A stretch of 12,989 bases of DNA from a virus. Lineage: Duplodnaviria; Heunggongvirae; Uroviricota; Caudoviricetes. Every line of letters begins with the position of its first letter. Within the stretch, counting starts at the first letter, position 1. A program made the position numbers and the translations under genes. The stretch lies in IMG/VR virus record IMGVR_UViG_2778261515_000012; one strand, 5' to 3'. Below the pieces are notes generated by a model that was not told the DNA's origin, ran no database searches, and saw nothing but the letters and a program-made list of their open reading frames with translations. This document shows, piece by piece, positions 1 through 7,632 of this stretch.

Positions 1-474
1 TCTGGCAGCCTGAGTTCACAGATAAAACACTCTCCAGGAAACCCGGGGCGGTTCATCGAAGCTGTCGGAAATCACCCTGACATTATTGCCGGGAGCAACA
101 ACGGTGATGGATACGACTACAAGCCTGAATGCCGTTACTTTGAGGTGAACGTGCACGGGCAGTTCGGCGGCATTGTTTACTATCAGGAGATTCAGCCGCT
201 GACATTCGATTGCCACGCCATGTACCTGCCAGAGATTCGCGGCTTCAGCAAGGAAATCGGGCTGGCGTTCTGGCGATACATTCTGACTAACACCACCGTT
301 CAGTGCGTCACATCGTTCGCCGCACGCAAATTCCGCCACGGGCAGATTTACTGCGCAATGATTGGCCTTAAGCGTGTCGGAACCATCAAGAAATACTTTA
401 AAGGCGTGGATGACGTGACGTTTTACAGCGCCACACGCGAAGAACTAATCGACTTCCTGAATCACGGGAGATAG
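1..474 (+). CDS. P22 gp14-like protein, 5'-truncated by the window edge
   Basis: Frame 1 has no stop from base 1 to the TGA at 472-474 and no in-frame ATG upstream of the GTG at 145, so the gene probably starts left of the window. It lies immediately upstream of the gp7-like gene, with a 2-nt gap. Product is assigned by synteny with the P22 order 14-7-20-16 only. Confidence 0.5.
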   Translation, partial: SGSLSSQIKHSPGNPGRFIEAVGNHPDIIAGSNNGDGYDYKPECRYFEVNVHGQFGGIVYYQEIQPLTFDCHAMYLPEIRGFSKEIGLAFWRYILTNTTVQCVTSFAARKFRHGQIYCAMIGLKRVGTIKKYFKGVDDVTFYSATREELIDFLNHGR

Positions 475-476
475 CC

Positions 477-1169
477 ATGTTATATGCATTTAAGCTGGGC
501 AGAAAACTGCGTGGCGAGGAACCTTATTGCCCTGAAAAAGGCGGGAAAGGTGGCAGTTCTGATAAAAGCGCAAAGTATGCAGCAGAAGCTCAGAAGTATG
601 CCGCAGACCTGCAAAATCAGCAGTTCAACACCATCATGAACAACCTGAAGCCGTTTACTCCTCTGGCTGATAAGTATGTCGGCAGCCTCGAGAACTTATC
701 GTCTCTGGAAGGGCAAGGTCAGGCACTTAACCAGTATTACAACTCTCAGCAGTACAAAGATCTTGCTGGTCAGGCTCGCTATCAGAGTCTGGCGGCAGCG
801 GAAGCAACAGGTGGATTGGGTTCCACTGCAACCGGTAATCAGTTAGCAACAATCGCACCAACGCTTGGTCAGCAGTGGCTGTCTGGTCAGATGAACAACT
901 ACCAGAATCTGGCAAACGTTGGGCTTGGTGCTCTGCAAGGTCAGGCAAACGCAGGGCAGACATATGCCAACAACATGAGTCAGATTTCGCAGCAAAGTGC
1001 GGCTCTTGCAGCGGCAAATGCCAACAGACCATCAGCAATGCAATCTGCTATTAGCGGAGGTGCGTCTGGTGCTATTGCTGGGGCCGGACTTGCGAAATTA
1101 ATTGGTTCATCAACTCCGTGGGGGGCTGCGATCGGCGGCGGTCTTGGTCTGCTTGGCTCGTTGTTTTAA
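477..1169 (+). CDS. Ejection (injection) protein, P22 gp7-like
   Basis: ATG at 477 preceded by GGGAGA (466-471). 230 aa, matching the size I recall for P22 gp7 (about 229 aa). Gly/Ala/Gln-rich with a hydrophobic C-terminus. First of three co-directional tightly packed genes whose sizes match P22 gp7/gp20/gp16. Confidence 0.75.
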   Translation: MLYAFKLGRKLRGEEPYCPEKGGKGGSSDKSAKYAAEAQKYAADLQNQQFNTIMNNLKPFTPLADKYVGSLENLSSLEGQGQALNQYYNSQQYKDLAGQARYQSLAAAEATGGLGSTATGNQLATIAPTLGQQWLSGQMNNYQNLANVGLGALQGQANAGQTYANNMSQISQQSAALAAANANRPSAMQSAISGGASGAIAGAGLAKLIGSSTPWGAAIGGGLGLLGSLF

Positions 1170-1179
1170 GGGGTAATCA

Positions 1180-2565
1180 ATGGCTACGTGGCAACAGGGT
1201 ATTAATTCTGGTGGTTTTCTGGCTGGCATCGGTACGCAAAATGAGAATGCGCCAAAGGCAAGCGACATTAACGCAACGCTTGGTCTGATCCGCGAAAACA
1301 ATGAACTGGCTCGCTCAGGTGCAAATAACGTTAGTCTGACCGCGTTACGTGGTCTGGCTGGAGTTGCTGATATTTACAATCAGGAACAGCAACAGAAAGC
1401 GATTAGTGCGTTCAATAAGGTTCACGCTGATGCATGGGCTTCTGGTGATCCATCGGGACTATTTAAGTTTGCCCAGGAAAATCCAGCGTTTGTTGCACAG
1501 GCACAACAGGCGTTTTCCGGTCTTAATGAGCAGCAACGCAACGATATGGGCGATTTAGCCATGAGGGCTAACGTCGCTCTTTCTCAGGGACCGGAAGCCT
1601 ACAGTAAATTCATTACTGACAACAAGGACAGGTTAAATCGCGTTGGTGCTAATGCTGACTGGATGATTCAGACAGGTATCCAGAATCCAGAGCAGCTATC
1701 ACACATGCTGACTACTATGTCTCTCGGTGCACTTGGGCCAGAAAAGGCTTTTGCTGTTCAGGATAAGATGGTTGGTCGCCAGCAGGAGCAGCAAAGAATT
1801 AACGAAACCATTCGCAATAATGACATGACGAATGCGAGGGCTATTAGGGGGCAAAACCTTTCCTATCAGTCTGCAATGACCGGACACGGACTTGCAGCAG
1901 AAAGACTGGCACTTGATAAGCAGAAATTCGGTTTTGAAGTACAACAGGCACAAAAAAAGGCCGAGGAACTTATTAATGCAGCGCCAAAATTATCAGTGAA
2001 CATGGAAAAGGCTATAGAAAAATCAGCAGGTGATGCGGCAGCTAGTCGTAATGCTGCCGATTCAATGACAACGCTCGCTGACACGCTGGAGAAGGAGAAG
2101 CCAACTCCTGGTTTGTTCGGTAACGCTGAAAATATGTTCTCTAAGCTTACGGGGCAAGATAACTACCTCCGAGATATGCGGATTAGATTCAACCAACTAG
2201 CCAATGCGCAGGCAACCAAGCTTCTCCCTCCCGGCCCTGCATCAGATAAGGATATTGAGTTTGCAAGGAAAGGCATTCCAAGCGAAACGGATAATCCAAT
2301 GGTCATGGCTCGATGGTTAAGGGGTATGGCAAAAATGGAAAGTAATAACGCGAAGTTCAACGAGTTTAGGTCAGAGTGGATGAGTGCAAACGGCAGCCCT
2401 GGACAATCTGATCGCAACCGAAACATCATGGGGATGGATGTTAAGAAGGGTGAATCATTGAACTCTGCGGCAAAACGTTTTCTTTCCTCAAGTTATGGCG
2501 ATAGCCAACCTCAACAGCAATTGTCCGATGACGAATTAATTAGCAAATATCTCGGAGGGCAGTAA
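1180..2565 (+). CDS. Ejection protein, P22 gp20-like
   Basis: ATG at 1180 preceded by AAGGGG. 461 aa (P22 gp20 is about 471 aa from memory). Its stop overlaps the next start (TAATG at 2563-2567). Assigned by size and synteny. Confidence 0.75.
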   Translation: MATWQQGINSGGFLAGIGTQNENAPKASDINATLGLIRENNELARSGANNVSLTALRGLAGVADIYNQEQQQKAISAFNKVHADAWASGDPSGLFKFAQENPAFVAQAQQAFSGLNEQQRNDMGDLAMRANVALSQGPEAYSKFITDNKDRLNRVGANADWMIQTGIQNPEQLSHMLTTMSLGALGPEKAFAVQDKMVGRQQEQQRINETIRNNDMTNARAIRGQNLSYQSAMTGHGLAAERLALDKQKFGFEVQQAQKKAEELINAAPKLSVNMEKAIEKSAGDAAASRNAADSMTTLADTLEKEKPTPGLFGNAENMFSKLTGQDNYLRDMRIRFNQLANAQATKLLPPGPASDKDIEFARKGIPSETDNPMVMARWLRGMAKMESNNAKFNEFRSEWMSANGSPGQSDRNRNIMGMDVKKGESLNSAAKRFLSSSYGDSQPQQQLSDDELISKYLGGQ

Positions 2566-4397
2566 TGGCTTATAGTCGTGAACAATTGATGACGGCGTTA
2601 AGGAATGCTGATGCTGCTGGTGATACTGAGGGAGCACGTCGCATTGCTCAGATGCTGTCTTCTGGTGATCAATCCACTCAAAACCAATCGCAGCCAGAAG
2701 AACAATCTCTGGTAGGAAAAGCTACTGACTGGCTCACAGGTGGTCAAAGTGCAGGGCAAATTGCAGAACAGGCTGGTCGTGGTCTGGTAAACATACCATT
2801 TGACGTATTGCAGGGTGGCGCAAGTCTGATTAATGCAACCAGTCAGGGGCTTGGTGGGCCAAAAGTATTAGATGATGTCTATCGTCCAGTCGATCGACCG
2901 ACAGACCCTTATGCGCAAGCTGGAGAAACAATTGGCGGGTATTTAGTTCCAGGAGTTGGAACGGCAGGAAGCATGGCTATTGGATCACTGGCAGAGGCCG
3001 CAAATCAGAAAGGCGATTTCGCACAAAATGCAGCTAAAAATGCCGGAGTTAACCTTGCCGCTCAGGGTGTTCTTTCCGCAGCAGCAAAGGGAATAGGGCG
3101 TGGAATAACGGCTATAAAAGGTGATATTGCGCCAGAAGTGGCGAAGAAAATTGCCACATCAGAATCGATGGGCGTGACACCAATGACATCTGATGTTATC
3201 CCGCCGAAAAATGCTTTCACTCGCGGCCTTACTCAGGATGCCGAGGGGGCTTTACTCGGGACAGGCTCAAAGCGAGCGGAGCAATATGCAACGCGTAGTA
3301 AGCTGGTAAGTAATTATTTTGACCGTTTTGGTGAGTACAACCCTGATGATGTGGTGAAATCTCTGACCACCACGTTAAGGGGGCGGAAGGATGCCGCTGG
3401 CGCTGTTATCAATGACGTCACCAATAAAATGGGTAATGCCGCAGTTGATACCACAAATACCATGAATGCTCTGAATACAGCGATCGCAAGACAGGAACGG
3501 CTTGGGACTTCAGCCAATCAAAGCCTGCTTACATCCTTGCGTAACCTACGTGAAGAATTAGCAAACCCTGCAACTGATTTGGATGTTACGTTTGATCTAT
3601 TGCGTCAGCACAGAACAGCATTTAGATCTAATGTTCAGGGAGATGCTATGGTCTTCCCCAACCAGGCAAAAGCAGCTACCAATATGGTAGAGAATGCAAT
3701 GTCAAAAGACCTTCGTAACGCAGTTGCAAAAAACCTCGGTGCTTCAGACGCAGCAAAATACCTTAAAGCAAATTCCGATTATGCAAACGTTTATAATAAG
3801 GTGCTTAATAAAAACATTGCTAACAAGCTCAACAAGGCAAGCAGTGAAGCCAGTCCTGAACTTATAAATACTGTTGTATTAAGCAGAAAACCATCTGACG
3901 TGAAACGAATCTGGAGCGCATTGGATGATAAAGGGAAAGATGCTATGCGTGCAGCTTACGTCAGCAAAATAGCGGAAAAGGCCGGTGACTCTCCAGCCAA
4001 GTTCATCACTGAAGTTAATAAGCTGAAATCTCAGTCAGGCGGTGAAATTTACAACACTATTTTTTCTGGAAAGCACATGAAAGAACTTGATGCTCTTCAT
4101 GAAGTTCTACAGCAAACAGCAAGGTCAGACACCGCAAATGTAGTAACTCAGACGGGGCAATCGCAAGCCAACAGGATAAGGACGATTGGCGCAACTGCGA
4201 CTCTTGGTGTATCAATGGGGCTTGAGGCTGGTTTTGGTGCAATGATGCGTTTGTATGAGTCCAAAGCCGCAAGGAATATGCTTCTTCGTTTGGCAAACAC
4301 CAAAGCAGGAACGCCAGCTTATGAAAGAGCGCTAAATAATGCTGCAAATGCGATACGCCCTATACTTTCAAGCCAGATTACAGCAGAACAGCAATAA
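2565..4397 (+). CDS. Ejection protein, P22 gp16-like
   Basis: ATG at 2565 preceded by GGAGGG and overlapping the upstream stop by 1 nt. 610 aa (P22 gp16 is about 609 aa from memory). Last gene of the ejection cassette. Confidence 0.75.
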   Translation: MAYSREQLMTALRNADAAGDTEGARRIAQMLSSGDQSTQNQSQPEEQSLVGKATDWLTGGQSAGQIAEQAGRGLVNIPFDVLQGGASLINATSQGLGGPKVLDDVYRPVDRPTDPYAQAGETIGGYLVPGVGTAGSMAIGSLAEAANQKGDFAQNAAKNAGVNLAAQGVLSAAAKGIGRGITAIKGDIAPEVAKKIATSESMGVTPMTSDVIPPKNAFTRGLTQDAEGALLGTGSKRAEQYATRSKLVSNYFDRFGEYNPDDVVKSLTTTLRGRKDAAGAVINDVTNKMGNAAVDTTNTMNALNTAIARQERLGTSANQSLLTSLRNLREELANPATDLDVTFDLLRQHRTAFRSNVQGDAMVFPNQAKAATNMVENAMSKDLRNAVAKNLGASDAAKYLKANSDYANVYNKVLNKNIANKLNKASSEASPELINTVVLSRKPSDVKRIWSALDDKGKDAMRAAYVSKIAEKAGDSPAKFITEVNKLKSQSGGEIYNTIFSGKHMKELDALHEVLQQTARSDTANVVTQTGQSQANRIRTIGATATLGVSMGLEAGFGAMMRLYESKAARNMLLRLANTKAGTPAYERALNNAANAIRPILSSQITAEQQ

Positions 4398-4411
4398 AAG
4401 ATAAGATATAA

Positions 4412-4897
4412 CTACCTGATATTACTGCTACTGTTGCATGTTACCGTGTTTCCAAATCCTGAATTGCAGTTTGTATATGTGTCAACGCGTGTTGGATAGG
4501 GTTGAGTTATAACAGGCTGTCTCGCTTTTTGCTCGATCGCTTGCATTGTGTTTACAGCCTGATAATTCAATAAAGCCTGCTGGAATGCTTGGCTTTGCGC
4601 TATTTGTTGGGCTTGTTCTTGGCTTTGTAATTGAACATAAAGATTCTGAAGCTCAAGTCTTGCCTGTGCGTCACTTATCTTGCCTTCATCGACACCTTGC
4701 CCGAGCATCTTTGCAGCAAGGACATACAGCTTAGGTGTTGGTGCTGATGCCATGCGTGAGTCGTTCTTCACACTGGCATCAAGGCAATTAGCCATATCGC
4801 TAAGCTTTTGATAGCGTTGTTCGCAACTTGCTTGATAGTCACTTACTTTTGCGCATCCAACCAGCAGAAGCGGGATAATTAACAGTGATTTTTTCAT
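4412..4897 (-). CDS. Prophage accessory lipoprotein (moron); possible superinfection-exclusion function
   Basis: Minus-strand ATG at 4897 with AAGGAG about 10 nt upstream on the minus strand. N-terminus MKKSLLIIPLLLVGC is a signal peptide with lipobox L-V-G-C (Cys15). Gln-rich helical middle, Cys-containing C-terminus. Convergent with gp16 (14-bp gap). Confidence 0.7.
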   Translation of the reverse strand: MKKSLLIIPLLLVGCAKVSDYQASCEQRYQKLSDMANCLDASVKNDSRMASAPTPKLYVLAAKMLGQGVDEGKISDAQARLELQNLYVQLQSQEQAQQIAQSQAFQQALLNYQAVNTMQAIEQKARQPVITQPYPTRVDTYTNCNSGFGNTVTCNSSSNIR

Positions 4898-5269
4898 ATG
4901 GTTAACTCTCCTTAGTTTTGAGCAGGATACCAGATGATACTGTATTGGTGGAGTGGTGTGTGAAAACGTGTCAACGACAAACCATCCACAACTTGGACGA
5001 ATGATTTAGCAAAAAGTGCTATTTTGGGTGTTTAGTGTCATAGAAAAGTGAATAGCTCACTTTTCAACATTGCATGAAACTTGCAGGAAATGTGACATTA
5101 CCTTATAGGTAACTTCGGCGAAAATGCAGTAAATGTGAAACGTAATGATTTAAACGTGTCGAGAAAGTGGTTGTAAGTTAGCCTCTGAAGGATTGATGAC
5201 AGCTTTGTTATGGTATTAAATGCAACTTGACACAGTTGTATACATAGCTGCGGCTATCAAGATGGAGGT
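4898..5269. promoter_or_regulatory. Divergent intergenic control region between the lipoprotein gene and the Panacea-domain operon
   Basis: 372-bp AT-rich non-coding gap between divergent genes. Contains a perfect 9-bp inverted repeat GAAAAGTGA-N5-TCACTTTTC (5043-5065), TTACC-N5-GGTAA (5098-5112), a direct 9-bp repeat AAACGTGTC (4964-4972 and 5152-5160), and TTGACA at 5227-5232. No confident -10 element was found. Confidence 0.35.
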
Positions 5270-5275
5270 ATGTTT

Positions 5276-5719
5276 ATGCTCACTTGTTTTGATGTCGCCG
5301 ACTACTTCTTGGCGCATTGCGATGAAGAAAGTGGCGACATTATCTCTAACCTAAAAATTCAGAAGTTGACGTATTATGCCCAAGGGTTTTCTCTGGTTCT
5401 TCTGGGTAAGCCGCTATTTAATGAGAAAATTGAAGCCTGGATGCATGGGCCAGTAGTTCCTGAATTGTATCGTAAATATAGGGACTGTGGTAACGGAGCT
5501 TTACCTGCGCCAGAAAACTTTGACGCTAAAAAATTCAGTGAAGATGAAATTGAATTGCTGGATGAGGTGTATAAAGTTTATGGTCAGTTTTCTGCCTGGA
5601 AACTGCGCAATATGACTCACGAAGAGCAGCCATGGAAAGATGCTTACATTGAGGGTGCGGTTAGCCAAGAAATCACACTTGATTCTATGAAAGGTTTTTT
5701 CAAAACGTTAATTAACTGA
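5276..5719 (+). CDS. Panacea-domain (DUF4065, GepA/SocA-like) protein; putative antitoxin
   Basis: ORF is open from ATG 5270, but GGAGG at 5264-5268 is spaced correctly (7 nt) for the second ATG at 5276. Protein contains NLKIQKLTYYAQGF...IEAWMHGPVVPELYRKY, matching the signature of DUF4065/Panacea 'phage-associated protein' antitoxins as I recall it. No N-terminal HTH is evident. Confidence 0.7.
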   Translation: MLTCFDVADYFLAHCDEESGDIISNLKIQKLTYYAQGFSLVLLGKPLFNEKIEAWMHGPVVPELYRKYRDCGNGALPAPENFDAKKFSEDEIELLDEVYKVYGQFSAWKLRNMTHEEQPWKDAYIEGAVSQEITLDSMKGFFKTLIN

Positions 5720-5724
5720 CGTGT

Positions 5725-6147
5725 ATGTCTAGAGTTAAGGGAAGAATAAAACAGAGGGATAAAGAGAGCTCTGCTACTGTTGGCCTCTCTATCCATCACG
5801 AATCTCATGATGTAGACAAAAGTCCGCCTGTATTTTCTCTTAGATACCTACAAAAGGGGTATTGCCTAGATTGCTGCCAAAAGCATGAAAAGGCAGCATT
5901 TGCAGATAGGCTGTTCAGGTTAAGTCGGATGTCATGGGATGAGATACGAAAATCTGATAAACACGGGCTTGGGACGGAAAAAATTGCCAGAAACGCGATA
6001 AAAGCTCCGATTCCTAAGCATGTTACTCAAGATGTGGATTTCATTGCGTTCAGATTTTGCTCTAAGGCACCTATGGTTGGTTATAAGCTAGGAGCCACTT
6101 TTTATGTCTTATGGCTCGACAGGGAGTTCAAGCTATACAAGCACTAA
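5725..6147 (+). CDS. Hypothetical protein, partner of the Panacea-domain protein; candidate toxin or effector
   Basis: ATG at 5725 lies 5 nt after the upstream stop (TGA 5717-5719) with no Shine-Dalgarno, suggesting translational coupling. 140 aa, basic, with a Cys/His cluster (GYCLDCCQKHEK). The C-terminus (FIAFRF...TFYVLWLDREFKLYKH) loosely resembles C-termini of RelE/ParE-type toxins. Followed directly by an intrinsic terminator. Confidence 0.55.
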   Translation: MSRVKGRIKQRDKESSATVGLSIHHESHDVDKSPPVFSLRYLQKGYCLDCCQKHEKAAFADRLFRLSRMSWDEIRKSDKHGLGTEKIARNAIKAPIPKHVTQDVDFIAFRFCSKAPMVGYKLGATFYVLWLDREFKLYKH

Positions 6148-6150
6148 TAA

Positions 6151-6176
6151 AACCCACCGTCAGGTGGGTTTTTTGT
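6151..6176. terminator. Rho-independent terminator, probably bidirectional
   Basis: AACCCACC-gtca-GGTGGGTT stem-loop followed by TTTTTT on the plus strand, and preceded by an A-rich run (a T-tract for minus-strand transcripts). Sits between the + operon end (6147) and the minus-strand ORF end (6191). Confidence 0.6.
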
Positions 6177-6190
6177 TGGAGATAAAATGG

Positions 6191-6394
6191 TTAACCAAAT
6201 CGATCCTTAAAGCGCCTATCGCTGTTGCGTCTCTCCATTTTACTGTTGCAGTACGGACAAAGATGCTGTTTCTTTCCATCGATAGTCCATGTGAAGTACT
6301 TTTTCTTAAATCCAGCACCACAGATATCGCAACTTCTTGGTTTAAACATACTGGCTATGAAGATAAGAACAACAAATCCTATGATCCATTCCAT
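6191..6394 (-). CDS. Small membrane-anchored zinc-ribbon protein (hypothetical)
   Basis: 67 aa with an N-terminal hydrophobic helix (EWIIGFVVLIFIASMF) and CxxC...CxxC (CDIC...CPYC). Ends at the bidirectional terminator. RBS is weak. The overlapping plus-strand ORFs 6104-6412 and 6225-6425 run through the terminator and look spurious. Confidence 0.4.
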   Translation of the reverse strand: MEWIIGFVVLIFIASMFKPRSCDICGAGFKKKYFTWTIDGKKQHLCPYCNSKMERRNSDRRFKDRFG

Positions 6395-6535
6395 ATCATG
6401 TACCTGTTTTAACTTTATTTTTTGATTTTTAGGGATTAATCAGAAACTTTATCTTGCGATTAAGCAAAGCTACTAGCTAACAAAAGAGTGCGTATACAAT
6501 CAATCGTTTCACATCAACCTCAACAAGGAGAAATC

Positions 6536-6721
6536 ATGACCATAGAAGAACGTCTGAACAACATTGAGTTGAACCAAACCCTGCTTGACCAGCGACTTTC
6601 AGATCTTGAGCTTAAAGATCTTGATGCGCAAATATCAGAAGCAGAAGCCAAGCTCTCCAGCTTAAACCACCGCAAGAAGCAAATCCGCAACAGAATTACT
6701 CAGGGACGCGGAAGCTGTTGA
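6536..6721 (+). CDS. Small coiled-coil protein (hypothetical)
   Basis: AAGGAG at 6525-6530 with a 5-nt spacer to ATG 6536. The ORF track's 6488 start is a GTG without an RBS. 61 aa with helical heptad-like sequence. Its 3' end overlaps the convergent ORF 6696-6905 by 26 nt. Confidence 0.4.
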   Translation: MTIEERLNNIELNQTLLDQRLSDLELKDLDAQISEAEAKLSSLNHRKKQIRNRITQGRGSC

Positions 6722-6905
6722 GGTGGGATGCTAGGTCTCTATCGTTAAAATCAAGGCTGCTAATCATTTCATTGTAAATGGCGTTTTTATCTTCCATTGG
6801 CAGTCTTGAGTAAACCAGACACAGAGCATATTTCAGGGAGTTTAGCTCCTTCTCTAATTCTTCCTTGCTTGACGTTTTTGACTTAATAAGCTGTTTTTTA
6901 TTCAT
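6696..6905 (-). CDS. Hypothetical small protein, third gene of the leftward mnt operon
   Basis: Minus-strand ATG at 6905 overlaps the upstream gene's stop (ATGA) and has AAGGA about 6 nt upstream. 69 aa, soluble, helical. Confidence 0.5.
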   Translation of the reverse strand: MNKKQLIKSKTSSKEELEKELNSLKYALCLVYSRLPMEDKNAIYNEMISSLDFNDRDLASHLNSFRVPE

Positions 6906-7135
6906 TTTGCATCCTTACGATTCACATCTTTTGGTAGATACTTGTGAATTGGCCAATCCATGAACGCAAGCGCGAGCCACGTCACCACGTTAAAGCCAGG
7001 GATTGTTAAACATACAGCCATCTTCCAGTCAAAACCGGCCTTTTTGGATATTTTTAACGCAGGTATAAAAAAGATAAAAACGAAAAAAATCACCATAATA
7101 ATCAATGATAATGGCGACCCTTGTTGTTGCTCCAT
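6902..7135 (-). CDS. Small inner-membrane protein (two predicted TM helices), second gene of the mnt operon
   Basis: Minus-strand ATG at 7135, 2 nt after the mnt stop, with GGAGG 6 nt upstream on the minus strand. 77 aa with two hydrophobic segments (LSLIIMVIFFVFIFFIPAL and MAVCLTIPGFNVVTWLALAF). Confidence 0.6.
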   Translation of the reverse strand: MEQQQGSPLSLIIMVIFFVFIFFIPALKISKKAGFDWKMAVCLTIPGFNVVTWLALAFMDWPIHKYLPKDVNRKDAK

Positions 7136-7137
7136 GG

Positions 7138-7380
7138 TTATCCTCCATCTCTTACACGTTTTAACACATCAATAGCTACATCAAACGCCTCTTGCTCAGA
7201 CTTTGTCAGGATTCGACTACTTGAAGGTATTAGCTGCCCTTTATGAATTTTTATCCATAGTTCGATAGCTGAAATAATCTCTGCGTTTATCGAGCGGCGA
7301 TTTGTTGCAGCAATATGCGTAAGTTGCTGTTTTATCTCATCAGGCATTCTTACGTTGAATTGTGGATCATTTCTAGCCAC
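7138..7380 (-). CDS. mnt: Mnt-like ribbon-helix-helix repressor
   Basis: N-terminus MARNDPQFNVRMPDEIKQQL...NRRSINAEI matches P22 Mnt (MARDDPHFNFRMP...NGRSMNSEL, recalled). 80 aa versus about 83 aa for P22 Mnt. AAGGAG RBS on the minus strand. Divergent from arc as in P22 immI. Confidence 0.8.
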   Translation of the reverse strand: MARNDPQFNVRMPDEIKQQLTHIAATNRRSINAEIISAIELWIKIHKGQLIPSSSRILTKSEQEAFDVAIDVLKRVRDGG

Positions 7381-7473
7381 GTCGTTCTCCTTTTATTTGT
7401 TGACATGCTAGAACGGTAGTAGTACGCTTTCAATAGTAGTACGGTACTATCAATGAGTGAAATGGAGTTGAAT
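7381..7473. promoter_or_regulatory. immI-like divergent promoter/operator region between mnt and arc
   Basis: TTGACA at 7400-7405. Direct repeat TAGTAGTACG at 7417-7426 and 7434-7443. The 21-mer at 7433-7453 (ATAGTAGTACGGTACTATCAA) shares both outer half-sites with the P22 arc operator ATAGTAGAGTGCTTCTATCAT (recalled). Confidence 0.5.
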
Positions 7474-7632
7474 ATGCAAGGTGCAAGAAAAATGCCTCAG
7501 TTCAATTTGCGGTGGCCTAAAGAAGTATTGGATTTGGTGCGCAAGGTAGCTGAAGAGAACGGGCGATCTGTTAACTCTGAGATTTACAAGCGAGTGTTGG
7601 ACAGCCTGAAGAGAGAGGGGATAACGGTATGA
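7474..7632 (+). CDS. arc: Arc-like ribbon-helix-helix repressor
   Basis: Translation MQGARKMPQFNLRWPKEVLDLVRKVAEENGRSVNSEIYKRVLDSLKREGITV is near-identical to P22 Arc (MKGMSKMPQFNLRWPREVLDLVRKVAEENGRSVNSEIYQRVMESFKKEGRIGA, recalled). GGAG at 7464-7467. 52 aa, below the ORF-track length cutoff, so found by direct reading. Confidence 0.85.
   Translation: MQGARKMPQFNLRWPKEVLDLVRKVAEENGRSVNSEIYKRVLDSLKREGITV

Noticed and set aside
16-339. 107-aa minus-strand ORF inside the gp14-like gene
   Set aside because: Fully embedded antisense to a longer ORF that is part of a syntenic structural cassette; no independent RBS evidence.
727-1038. 103-aa minus-strand ORF inside the gp7-like gene
   Set aside because: Antisense to a well-supported structural gene; a typical shadow ORF.
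1110-2429. Several short ORFs (1110-1301, 1349-1558, 1699-1953, 1866-2084, 2163-2429) overlapping the gp20-like gene
   Set aside because: All lie within or antisense to the 461-aa gp20-like CDS. They have low-complexity or Cys/Leu-rich translations typical of out-of-frame reading.
3314-4347. Minus-strand ORFs 3314-3517 and 4057-4347 within the gp16-like gene
   Set aside because: Embedded antisense ORFs in a long coding gene.
4546-4734. 62-aa plus-strand ORF inside the lipoprotein gene
   Set aside because: Antisense to the lipoprotein CDS, which has a lipobox and strong RBS; no start signals of its own.
6104-6425. Plus-strand ORFs 6104-6412 and 6225-6425
   Set aside because: They start inside or just after the toxin-candidate gene and read through the intrinsic terminator at 6151-6176. 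The minus-strand zinc-ribbon ORF is a more plausible coding interpretation of this interval.
6488-6535. GTG start at 6488 for the small coiled-coil ORF
   Set aside because: No RBS; the internal ATG at 6536 has a consensus AAGGAG at ideal spacing, so the shorter CDS is preferred.
6960-7175. 71-aa plus-strand ORF overlapping the mnt operon
   Set aside because: Antisense to two minus-strand genes that have strong RBSs and an Mnt homology match.
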